Positions 13,270 to 24,600 of a DNA stretch of 64,000 nt are shown in pieces. Below the pieces are notes generated by a model, which saw nothing but the letters and a program-made list of their open reading frames with translations, made no database searches and was not told where the DNA came from. This DNA comes from Chiloscyllium plagiosum (lineage: Eukaryota): NCBI RefSeq assembly GCF_004010195.1, contig NC_057758.1:4828043-4892042 (forward strand). Reading direction: 5' to 3'. Numbering within the stretch: the first letter of the stretch is position 1; each line of letters opens with the position of its first letter. A program made the translations under genes and the position numbers.

Positions 13270-14250
13270 CAAGTGGGAAGCCTCTGACAGGGCCTCCTTT
13301 TCCATCAAAGAAAAACATTCCAACTTTCGTGGACAGGGCCTTCAGCTGAATGCCCCATCTCCCGCGCTTCTTACGCACTCCCTCGTCTCCTTTCCAGAAC
13401 AATTATAGAGACTCCCTTGTCCTCAAATCCCACTTCACTGGAATCCCCATTCAAGGAATCTTGCTTCGCCATTTCCATCAACGACAGCAGGACAGCAACA
13501 TGAAACACATCATCCCCTCCCGCCCACTGTCAGCATTTAAACCTCAGTGACATCCTCCATCACCCTCGGCGGCACGGTGGTACAATGGTTAGCACTGCTG
13601 CCTCACAGTGCTCGAGACTCGGGTTAAATCTCGTTTCAAGTGACTGACTGTGTGGAGTTTGCACATTCTCCCCGTGTCTGCGTGGGTTTCCTCCGGGCGC
13701 TCCGGTTTCTTCCCCACAGAGGTTAGGTGAATTGGTCATGCTAAATTACCCGCAGTGTTATGTGAAGGTGTAAATGTAGGGGAATGGGTCTGGGTGGATT
13801 GTGGGGCGGTGTGGGCTTGTTGGGCTGAAGATCCTGTTACCACACTATAAGTAAGTAATCTAATCACCCTCCAGATATCAACACTCCCCTATGGTAGCTT
13901 CCCGTGCACTTACCAATTCACTTTATCCCTTCTCAAAGTACAAGGCCCCAAACACACAGTCCAAGTTAAGCAACATTTCTCTTCAGTCTATTGCCATTGC
14001 TCCTCACAGTGCAATCTCTTTTATATTGGTGAGTCCACACAGAGAAAGCATTGAGGAACACTTCCAGTCTTCCCTATAGGAATAACCATAGCCTTCTCAT
14101 TGTGTCCCATCTGCAAGCTCTAATACTAATATTTCGGTCCTGGGCTGCTGCAATGTTCCAATGAAGCAAAACCGATTCTCTGGTAACACATCACTTTACA
14201 CTTTTGTACTTCACCGTTTCTAAGACTGAGTATGCAATTCCATAATTTAC
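13270..14250 (+). mobile_element. Decayed Penelope-like element fragment interrupted by a SINE
   Basis: ..NYRDSLVL..ILLRHFHQRQQD..KHI is a degenerate form of the NKDRTPLVLTFHP..ILRHFRHLQ region seen at 32340-33056. Confidence 0.55.
13568..13866 (+). mobile_element. HE1/V-SINE (tRNA-derived) with probable TSD atcaccctc
   Basis: Head ggcggcacggtggtacaatggttagcactgctgcctcacag, V-domain tggagtttgcacattctccccgtgtctgcgtgggtttcc, taatct tail; atcaccctc on both sides. Confidence 0.9.
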
Positions 14251-14479
14251 AGTCTGACCCCATTATGACTGTTCTACATTTTTCATTGTCTCCCCTCCCC
14301 CATAACAGTCTACCACCCAGAATTCCTAATATGTTGTGTGATTTATCATATTCATCTTGCACTCAATAGTGAAGACCGGATTCCCCCATTCACACATTCA
14401 TTTACACAAACTTTACATCTTCTCCTTTTGCACCACAATTAAAAGCCTGTTTGTTTTAGGCACAACGTTTAAAAAAAAA

Positions 14480-15830
14480 CGCAACACCAGATTATATTCC
14501 AACAGATCTATTTGGAAGCATTAGGTTCGGAGTGCTGCTCCTTTATCAATTGATTGTGGAGAATACAATTGTAAGACACAGAATTTATAGCGAAAGTTTA
14601 CAGTGTGACACAGCTGAAATTATATGTTGAAAAACACCCGTATTGATTCTTTCATATGTAAATCGCAAAAAAAAAAATTCAGTTACGTTCTCAAGTGCAC
14701 TTTAACAATTGATGTCATGTTGGCCCATATAAGGTATTGAAGGTGTTAATTCCCTGTGAGGCTGTCTGCGCCACAATGGTCAGACTGATTCAAATCTTTT
14801 AAAAATGGATTTGTACGATTTTACATAGATTCTTGCAGCAAATGAAAATGTAATTCTTCAAGTTCAAATTCACCACACAAACTTATATGTGAATGTATGC
14901 GTGTGGGGCGTTGAGGTGGTGGTTATGAGTTTCTGTGTAACGGTGTGTGTATGTGTGTGAGTGTGATTGTAAAGGGATTTAAGTCTTTGACAAGATGTGT
15001 GTGGAAATGTATGTGTGACTATATGAGATAGAGTGTGTGTTTGTGTGTTTGTGTGTGCGCATCTGTGTCTGTGTGTGTGTATGTGTATGTCTGTGTGTAG
15101 ATGGTGCAATGGGGTCACCAAGGTCCCGGTTGAGTCCATTCCCATTGGTACCGAACTTGCCTATCAGCCTCTGCTGAGCCACTTTTCATTGTTGCCTGTC
15201 TCGAAGTCCGCCTTGGAGGATGGTCACCCAAAGGTCCGAGGTCGAATGTCCTGGACCGCTGAAGTGTTCTCTGACTAGGAGGGAACATTCCTGTCTGTTG
15301 ATTGTTCTGTGGTGTCCATTCATCCATTCTCGTAGCCTCTGTTTGGTCTCTCCAATATGCCATGCCTCAGGGCATCCTTGCCTACAGCGTATGAGAGATA
15401 CAACGTTGGCCGATTTCGCTTAAGTACCTGCCACATACAATGGTGGGATGTATCCCCACGCATAATGGTGATGTCCGTGGTATATTTTGGCACAGACAGC
15501 TTCACAGGTAGTTAACACTTCAATACCATATCTGGACCGACATGACACCAATTGTTAAGGTGCACTTGAGAATGTAACTTTTAAAAATAAAGTTTTGCAA
15601 TTTTTGTATGAAAGAAAATCCGCATCTTTTTCAATGTATAATTGCAGTTACATCACAGTGTAAACTTTTGCTGTAAATCCTTTACAATCACAATCTTATA
15701 CTCCACAATCACCTGATGATGGGGCAGCGCTTAGAAAGCTAGTGCTTCCAAATAAACGTGTTGTACTATGACATGGTGTTGTCTGATTTTTAACTTTGCC
15801 ACTCCAGTCCAACACCGGCATCTCCAAATC
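14480..15830. mobile_element. Penelope-like fragment (GIY-YIG end on minus strand) with inverted terminal pieces and a (TG)n tract
   Basis: Minus strand ..AEQRLIGKFGT..GLNRDLG; terminal sequence at 15540-15830 (cacctgatga..gaaagctagtgcttccaaataaac) recurs inverted at 14480-14730. Confidence 0.65.
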
Positions 15831-16329
15831 ATGTTTTAGGCACTGAACCGCTACACAATGTGTTTCTGATCAAACCTCCTTCACTTCTATCAAGAAAGTT
15901 AAAAGGCCATTTCCCAATCATTTTGTGTTCTGAAGAAGTGCCACGCTTTTTCTCTATTTGTCTGTCCACTGTGATGCATCCTGACCTACTGAGATTATCC
16001 AGAAATGAGCAGGCACAGAACATATTATCAAAGAAATGTGAACACTGGAAATCTGCAAATGGCTGGAGTAACTGGGAGATTTAACGAAGGGTCACTGGAC
16101 CAGAAAGATTAACTTTGTTTTCACTGCTCAGATGCTGCCTGAGCTGCTTAGCTGTTCCAACAATTTCTGTTTTTAAACAAGTTCCAAAGACGTGTGTCAC
16201 CGCCTCTCAAACACCCTGTTAAACATGGAGCGCCATCCAACGGAAGTGAACAATGACACACGTGCACAAGTTAACTGGTTCTGCATAAGGCTGGCATCAC
16301 TGACACTACAGAGGTATTAATCATGGTCA

Positions 16330-17215
16330 TGGAGAGAAAGAAAAAAACACTTTCTTTTTAAACACAGAAGATGGCACTACTGGAAGAAGGAAAGATTCAT
16401 TTTAATATGTTAGAGGATCCTGATGAATTTGAATTATTGGAGGCTTGACACCATGGAGACAAGAATGAGAATATTAAAATGTTACCACATCAAAAAACAG
16501 TTTGGATCGCACGGCTGATGGACGAATGCGTCTCGAACAGAATTGGGGAGCAGAACTTTATTGCACGTATTGAATCTCAAAAGTGACCAATCACGTGGTG
16601 AAGTAGACAACAACAGCAACTGAAGCAAATTTGCACTCAACCACACTCTGAAACTTTTCTGCCCATTCTATCATTACAATCAAACCCGTGTATGTTTCAG
16701 TGATGAGTGTAATGGAACATAATAGGATCAGAACCATGTGTACCTGAAAATGATGTCAACTACTTAAAGCTACCGAACTTGACCGATTGCATTCCAAACA
16801 GCAGAATTAACATTTGATGGAGAAGGCGAAATGATCCCATGACTAACTGATCAAATCTAAGCACTGCAGTCCTGCCACGTGCTATCATAAATGGTGATGA
16901 ATTACAGCATAATTCACTGCAGCAGATGGACCTACAAATATCCCTATCTTGAATAACAGAACCACCCTGCCCATCTGTGTAAAGGATAAGCATGTAATAA
17001 CTACACCATGCTCAGCCAGAAGTGTCGATTGGATGTTCCACCTCACCCTGGTTACGATTTCCACAGAATTACAGATGCCAGACATCAATTTATTTCGTTC
17101 ACTGCACGTGACAGCAAGAAACAGCTGAACACATTAGATACGATAATGACAATGGGCCTTGACACTATTCCAGCATTAAGACTGAAGACGTGTACTGCGA
17201 AATAAGCCAAAATAA
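16330..17215 (+). mobile_element. Decayed LINE endonuclease/RT-linker fragment (same family as 7500-9065)
   Basis: KKQLNTLDTIMTMGLDTIPALRLKTC corresponds to the KAMGPDNIP.VLKTC motif. Confidence 0.65.
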
Positions 17216-17240
17216 TCCATAGGTTCTTTATGCAGAGAGT

Positions 17241-17740
17241 NNNNNNNNNNNNNNNNNNNNNNNNNNNNNNNNNNNNNNNNNNNNNNNNNNNNNNNNNNNN
17301 NNNNNNNNNNNNNNNNNNNNNNNNNNNNNNNNNNNNNNNNNNNNNNNNNNNNNNNNNNNNNNNNNNNNNNNNNNNNNNNNNNNNNNNNNNNNNNNNNNNN
17401 NNNNNNNNNNNNNNNNNNNNNNNNNNNNNNNNNNNNNNNNNNNNNNNNNNNNNNNNNNNNNNNNNNNNNNNNNNNNNNNNNNNNNNNNNNNNNNNNNNNN
17501 NNNNNNNNNNNNNNNNNNNNNNNNNNNNNNNNNNNNNNNNNNNNNNNNNNNNNNNNNNNNNNNNNNNNNNNNNNNNNNNNNNNNNNNNNNNNNNNNNNNN
17601 NNNNNNNNNNNNNNNNNNNNNNNNNNNNNNNNNNNNNNNNNNNNNNNNNNNNNNNNNNNNNNNNNNNNNNNNNNNNNNNNNNNNNNNNNNNNNNNNNNNN
17701 NNNNNNNNNNNNNNNNNNNNNNNNNNNNNNNNNNNNNNNN
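17241..17740. other. Assembly gap (500 N)
   Basis: N run. Confidence 1.
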
Positions 17741-17767
17741 TCGTTTTGGACATTCGCCCTTCAGCAG

Positions 17768-17890
17768 GAATTCCTAATGAAGGGCTTATGCCCGAACCGT
17801 CAAATCTCCTGCTCCTCTGATGCTGCTTGACCGGCTGTGCCTTTCGAGAACCACAATCTTCATCTCTGATCTCCAGCATCTGAGTGCTCA
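17768..17890 (+). mobile_element. Penelope terminal-repeat fragment with degenerate hammerhead motif
   Basis: cctaatgaagggcttatgcccgaaccgtc..gatgctgcttgaccggctgtgc. Confidence 0.7.
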
Positions 17891-17954
17891 GTTTCTGCTG
17901 GATGCAATAATTGCCAAACGCGTGTATTCATTAACTGAAAATACTGTGTCTTCT

Positions 17955-17960
17955 TATAAA
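17955..17960 (+). promoter_or_regulatory. Candidate TATA box of the beta-defensin-like gene
   Basis: TATAAA beginning 58 bp upstream of the ATG at 18013. Confidence 0.55.
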
Positions 17961-18012
17961 TGAATGCTGGGCTTGGATCATCTCAGTATCGCTCCAAGGA
18001 GATCAGCTGAAT

Positions 18013-18106
18013 ATGTGGGGAGCACAGCTCTTGGTGTTTGTGCTTCTGCTCCTGGAACAGCCCATCGAATCTGAATGTGGATTAAGAGGACGGATGCTGA
18101 ATGGGG
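18013..18106 (+). CDS. defb-like: Beta-defensin-like gene, exon 1 (signal peptide and short pro-piece)
   Basis: MWGAQLLVFVLLLLEQPIESECGLRGRMLNG(G); hydrophobic core; ends G|gtaagg (phase 1). Confidence 0.8.
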
Positions 18107-18515
18107 GTAAGGAAGCCTTTCATTCTTCAATCTGACGAGCCACTCCGAGAGATGGGAGGCATTGACGGAACTGAAACGTCATTCAGGTGAATCATTCTTT
18201 ATGCCAAACCGAGAGCACAGAGCTCAGTATCTGGCTCCACCTCCCCTGTCCAAATCACAGAAGAATGACAGTGTGCATTCCCTGTCTGCATTCTCGATAA
18301 CAGACCACAGTCGACTACGGTGCATTGACCATGTCGCTACTTCTCCTAATAGACCATGCTGGGAGTGCATCGTTCAGACCCTTTCTCTATCGCTCTGCCC
18401 AGACTACACGAGGAGCACAGTGCACTTTTCCTGTCAAATTTCGCTTTTCCCAAACACACTTGGAGCACCTTGCATAAGCCTGTCGACTTATACTCTGGAA
18501 TTGTTTTCCTTTCAG

Positions 18516-18634
18516 GGGAGATCTTTGGATGCGACAGAATTATTGGGACCTGTAGAAAAACGTTTTGTTGGAGCGATGAGTACATAGTCCCTAACAGATG
18601 TTTCTGGGGTTATAACTGCTGCGTGGTCAAATGA
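18516..18634 (+). CDS. defb-like: Beta-defensin-like gene, exon 2 (mature peptide)
   Basis: ttgttttcctttcag| acceptor; phase-1 join gives GEIFGCDRIIGTCRKTFCWSDEYIVPNRCFWGYNCCVVK*; C-x6-C-x4-C-x10-C-x5-CC with GxC and a Glu after Cys3; 94+119 = 213 nt, in frame. Confidence 0.85.
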
Positions 18635-18676
18635 TGAAAACAACTGGCGAGTTGTTACTGTCGACTGTGACGTCAG

Positions 18677-21600
18677 TGTGGGTTGACCCAGAATGCCTGT
18701 AGGGAGGGAATTCAAGGATTGTGACACAATGACTGTGAAGAAACCGGGGTGTGGGTGTATTTCCAAGTCAGGGTAGTGAGTGGCTTGGAAGGAAACTTGC
18801 AGGTGGCAGTGGTTCCAAGTACATGTTGCTTTTAGGCTTCAAGATGGAAGTGATCGTGGGTTTGGAACGCATTCTCTCAGGATGTTTGATGAAATTCTCT
18901 CGTACGTCTTGTAAATAGTACGTATTGCTGCTATGGAATGCTGGTGGCGGAGGGATTGAATATTTGTAGAAGTTGTGCCAAACAAGCGGGTTGCTTTGTC
19001 CTGGATGGCGTCAGGCTTCTTGAGTGTTGTTGGAGCTGCACGCACCAGGCAAATGGGGAGCATTGCATCTCACTCCTATTTTTTGCATTGTAGATGATGG
19101 ATAGACTTTGGCGTGTGAGGAGGTGAGTTACTTACCGCAGTATCCGGAGTGCCTGACCAGCTGTTGTTACCAGAGTGTTTATGGGGTGAGTCAAGTTGAG
19201 TTTCTGGTCAATGTTAACTCCAAGGATGTTGACAGTGGAGGGTTCAGTGATGATAATACAGTTGAATGTCACGTGACGTTGATGAGAGTGTCTCTCATTG
19301 GTGATTATTATTGCCTGGCATTTGTGTGGCACGAATGTTAGTTGCCACTTGTCTGCCTAAGCCTGGTTATTGTTCAGGTCTTAGTGCATTTGAGCACGTC
19401 TGGCTTCAGTATATGAGGAATTGTGAATGGTATTGAACACTGTGCAATCATTGGCGAACATCCACGCGACTGATCTCATAACAGAGGGAAGATCGTTGAT
19501 GGAAGAGCTGAAGGTTGTTAGGCTGAGGACAGGAGGGACTCCTGCAGAGAATTCCAGGAGCTAAGATGACTGACCCTTCACAACTACAACCACCTTCCAT
19601 TGTGCCAGGTATGAATTTAATCAGCGCAGTGTTTGCCTCCTAATTCCCGTTGATTCCAGTTTTGCCAGGGATCCTTGATGCCATACTCCGTCAAATGTGA
19701 CCTTGATGTCAAGGGCAGTCACTCTCACCTCATCTCTAGAATTTAGGACTTCTGTCCATATTTGAACCAAAGATATGAAGAGATCAGGAGCTGAGTGGCC
19801 CTGACAAAATGCAAACTTGGCGTCACTGATCAGGTTGTGACTGAGCCGGTGCTGCTTGATAGCACTGTTGATGACCCCTTCCATTACTTTCCTGATGATG
19901 AAGACTAGACTGATTGGGTGGTGATTGACCAGGCTGGATTTGTCCTGATTTTGTGGACAGGAAATACATTAGCAATTTTTCACGTTGTCAGTTCGATGCC
20001 AGTGTTGTTACTGCCCCCAACCAGCTTACGGGCGCATCAAGTTGTGGAGCTCACGTTTTCACTTAAATTGCCGCAGTGTTGTCAGATCCCATTGCCTTTC
20101 CAGTATACATATTTCCAGCCGTGAAATAATAGTCTGGCTTTTGATTGTCAGACCAAAGTGCATGACCTTATACTTTTATTTACCAAAACGTCCAACTGCC
20201 AATTAGTTGCCCACTTGCTGATCTTATCTATATACCTTTTGAGACTCCTTACATTCTTATTGCAAATTGCCCTCCCACATATCTTTGCACCACCGACAAA
20301 CACACATATATTGCACTCAACCTGCACCTTCAACAATCAGAATAGATTGCAAGTAACTGATATTATAGAACTGATATCAGTGATACTCCAGGTAATACGT
20401 CTTTTTTAAACTGATAAAGACAAATTAATCCCGAATCTTAGTCTTCCATGTGTTAACCAATCTTCATTCCATGCTAATTTATTATCTGTCGTTTTGTGAG
20501 CTTCTGTTTTCTGTAAGGACGTTTATTTTGTGGTGTTTATCGAAAGTTTCCGGAAATAACCATGAACTGTCCACAATTCCCCGTTATCAAGTCAGCATTT
20601 TATTTTATCAGTGACCACCACGAAACATTTTCATGATTGAACAGGACAAACATCATCTTCCTTTCACAAAACCAGTATAACGCTGTGTCAAGCTTTTTCG
20701 AAATATCCTCCAATTCCAACCTCAATAACGATTGCCCGCAAATTCTAAGCAAGACTTATCAAAGCTAAATGACCGATCGGGACCTCCTTTGTATATCGCT
20801 TCCTTCTTGAAAACAGGTGCCACAATGGACGTTGTCCAGCTTCATTGAAACACTCCTGCGTCCTAGAGAGTGCTGGAATATTTCAAACAATGCAACCAAT
20901 CACTCTGTAACCATTTCGTTTCACACCCTGTATCTGTTATTGCTGTGTGAGCTACCCATGCTGTTTCTTTTGTTTTCAAAACTCCTGTGCCTATTATTCC
21001 TGACAGCTCAAGAACGGACATCTAGGGTTGTAATTGCAGAGGATTCTAATTTTCATATCAAAGACTGGGGCTACCAGAGCGTCAAGTACTTAGATTGGAG
21101 TAAAAATTGCTCAGTGCATTCAGGAAAGCTTCCTCAAGTCGGGAGTCCTACTGGAGAAGGGACAAAACTCGACTTACTGTTGGGAAATAGGGGACGACAG
21201 TAATTAGACAGGAGCTTGCAGGGGATGATTGAAATACTTTGTCGACAGGAAAATTGACCTCTGGCAAGTGGGACGCCTTTAGAAAGTGAGATACCCAGAG
21301 TTTAAGTTCAATATGATTCTGTGAGGGTGAAGGGCAAGGCTGGCAGGAAAAAGGAACCCTGGATGACAAGACATATTGTGGCTTTGAACAGAAAAAAATA
21401 AATGAAAGAGTTATGTCTCAGTTATAGGCAACTGGATCAAAGGAATCCCAGAGGGTATATAAGGAATACAGGAGTTTACTGAAGATGGAAATCAGGAGGG
21501 CGGAAAGGGGGCGGAAGTTAGCCTTGACTGTGAATATTAGGTTGAATCTAAAGAAGTACTTTATGTATATTAAAGGAAAAATAATAACTATCGAGAGAAA

Positions 21601-24600
21601 ACACATCTCATGGAGCAACGTGGGTATGTATGTGTCGGAATGCAGGAGATGGCTGGGTTCGTTAAATACATTTTTCCTCTATGTTTTCTGTGGAGAAAGA
21701 CATGAAAACTTGGGAAAGATAACGGTTATATTTTAGGGACCGTCCACAGTACTTTAGATGAAACGTTGGATGCACTAGAATGTATGAAGGTGAATAAATC
21801 TTCTGGTCCTGACCAGGTATTTCCAAACAGTCTCCAAAAGTCGAGAGAAGAAATTGCAGGGGATTTAGCTGATATTTTTGCATCAACTTTCGCCACGGGC
21901 GAGAACTCGGAAGTCGGGAGGGTAGTGAATGTTGTTCATTATTTCAAGAATTGCTGCAAAGAAAAAACTGGGATCTACAGAACATAAAGCTGAGCAACTA
22001 TGCTCTGCTACAAGAGGTGATTCTGACGAATGATTGACATGCATGTTGGAAAGACGAGGTTTGTTTAGGAATAATCAGCAAGTCTTTGTGAGTTAGAGAT
22101 CATGTCAAACAAAATTGTTAAACGTCTTTGAAAAAGGGGCGAGAAAGCTTGACGAGGACAGGGTTGAAAATGTCTTCCAAATGGATTTCAGTAAGGTCTC
22201 TGATACGGTTCCACATGATAGGTAACTCTAGAATGTTAAATCGCATGGAATCCAGGGCAAGCAGGCAAATTGGATACACAATTGGCTTGATGGTAGGAAG
22301 CAGGAAGTAATAGTGGAAGGAAACCTTTAGGATTAGATGCCTGCGATCAGTGGATTGCCTCATAACTCGGTGCGGTGCCCATCGCTGTTTGAGAGCTACA
22401 TCAATTATTTGGATGAGAATGTACAAGGCATGATTGGCAAATTTGCTGATCAAACTAAAATATGCGCTATTGTGGACAGTGAGTAATGTTCTCAGAAATT
22501 GCAGCAGGACTATGAACAGCTGGGGAAGCAGGCCAAGACATTTAAGTGGGAGTTAACAAAGATGTGTGAGGTCGTGCAATTTGGACTGTCATGGTGAATG
22601 CTAAGGCTTCAAGGATTGTAGTGGAGCAGAGGGATCTCGGATTTCATGTTCACAGTTCTCTGAAAGTGCAATCGCATGTTGGCAGAGCAGTAAAGTTTGC
22701 CACACTGGCCTTCATTAGTCAGGGCACTGAGAACAGAAGTTCGGAAGTTATGTTGCAGTTATACAGGATATTGATCGATCTGAAGTACTGTGTTCTGTTT
22801 TTATTTTGTCACCTTGCTATCGGAATGATGCCACCAAACTAGAAAGAGTGCAGAGGAAATTGACAAAAACGTTGCCGGGACTCAATGGTCTGAGTTACAG
22901 AGAGAGGTTGGACAAGGTAGGATCTTGTCTTTGGAGTAACTGAGACTGAGGGGAATCGTATAGACGTGTACAGGATCGTGGGAGGCCGTGATAGAGTGAA
23001 TACACTTAGATGCTTTTTTCAGGGTTGTGGAATCGCGGACTCGAGGGTATCGCTTGGAGGTTCGAAGGAAAATAATAAAGGGTAACCTGAGATGCAACTT
23101 TTATTATAGCCACTCGTATGCATGCGGTATGAGATACAGCAGAAGTGGTAGATATGGTATATTAAGACAAATTGAAAGGAATTAGGACAAATACATGGCT
23201 GAGAAAGATTTGGATGGATGCAGAGAAAAGGGGTTAGCGGGGAAGGACTTCATTGTCAGCACTGACCAGTTTGGGTCAAAAGGGCCTTTCTGAGTGCTGG
23301 ACGATTCATTTACTGTAGCATAACACCTGTGGCTTTGCTGATTATATCATTGAAATACTTAGAGGGTCTCCTCTTGTGAAGAACAATGCAAAATACTCAT
23401 TTAAATTCTCTGCCTGTTTCCAGTAACCAATTCCCCAGCACCATTCTTCACGTGTTCCACACATACGTTCCTGCCTTCCTTTATTCCAAGGATCATGCAC
23501 TCAGCTCATTTTTTTTTCGAAACACACAAAAAAGTTCTGCCTGTTAGCTTTTTTTTTCATTTTTCGCCAGCTTACTTTAATAATATATTCTATATTTTTT
23601 TCCTACTTTATCCCATGTGCCTCTGCTTCCTAAAGAAAACATCCGAAATCTGATCGACATGAAAGCTTACCGATTTCTGATTGACTGGGATCCTTGACAG
23701 ACTTCGTGAACTATGGGTGGTTCATCTTGGTACTGAGTTCTTTATTCTGAATAGAATCAAATATTGCTGAGCGTTACTAAATATCTACTTAGGTGTCTGC
23801 CCCTGCACACCCATTGACATTCCCCTGCATCTATTATCACATCCCATTTTCGGCTTGATGTAAGACAAAAAGCTGCAATTTAGATGTTTGTTTATTTTGA
23901 ATCATTTGCATGTGTCTGAACATTTGATCAGCTGAGAGTATCAAAATTCATCCAGTTACTCCGTCTTTGTCCTTTTCATTCGATGATGCCATATTCAAGT
24001 GGGAAGCCTCTGACAGGGCCTCCTTTTCCATCAAAGAAAAGCATTCCAACTTTCGTGGACAGGGCCTTCAGCTGAATGCCCCATCTCCCGCGCTTCTTAA
24101 GCACTCCCTCGTCTCCTTTCCAGAACAATTATAGAGACTCCCTTGTCCTCAAATCCCACTTCACTGGAATCCCCATTCAAGGAATCTTGCTTCGCCATTT
24201 CCATCAACGACAGCAGGACAGCAACATGAAACACATCATCCCCTCCCGCCCACTGTCAGCATTTAAACCTCAGTGACATCCTCCATCACCCTCGGCGGCA
24301 CGGTGGCACAGTGGTTAGCACTGCTGCCTCACAGTGCTCGAGACTCGGGTTAAATCTCGTTTCAAGTGACTGACTGTGTGGAGTTTGCACATTCTCCCCG
24401 TGTCTGCATGGGTTTGCTCCGGGCGCTCTGGTTTCTTCCCACAGAGGTTAGGTGAATTGGTCATGCTAAATTACCCGCAGTGTTATGTGAAGGTGTAAAT
24501 GTAGGGGAATGGGTCTGGGTGGATTGTGGGGCGGTGTGGGCTTGTTGGGCTGAAGATCCTGTTACCACACTATAAGTAAGTAATCTAATCACCCTCCAGA

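Larger units (their letters stand above)
7624..17240 (+). repeat. Segmental duplication, copy 1 (runs into the gap)
   Basis: Near-identical to 18677-27965 throughout; the ORF track shows matching pairs such as 8576/19621, 13350/24076 and 15115/25841. Confidence 0.95.

Noticed and set aside
14870-15278. His/Thr-rich and Cys/Val-rich ORFs
   Set aside because: Translations of a degenerate (TG)n tract within a Penelope fragment
17085-17879. Long ORFs across N runs (also 34508-35434, 36037-36540, 40850-41252)
   Set aside because: Artefacts of translating assembly gaps
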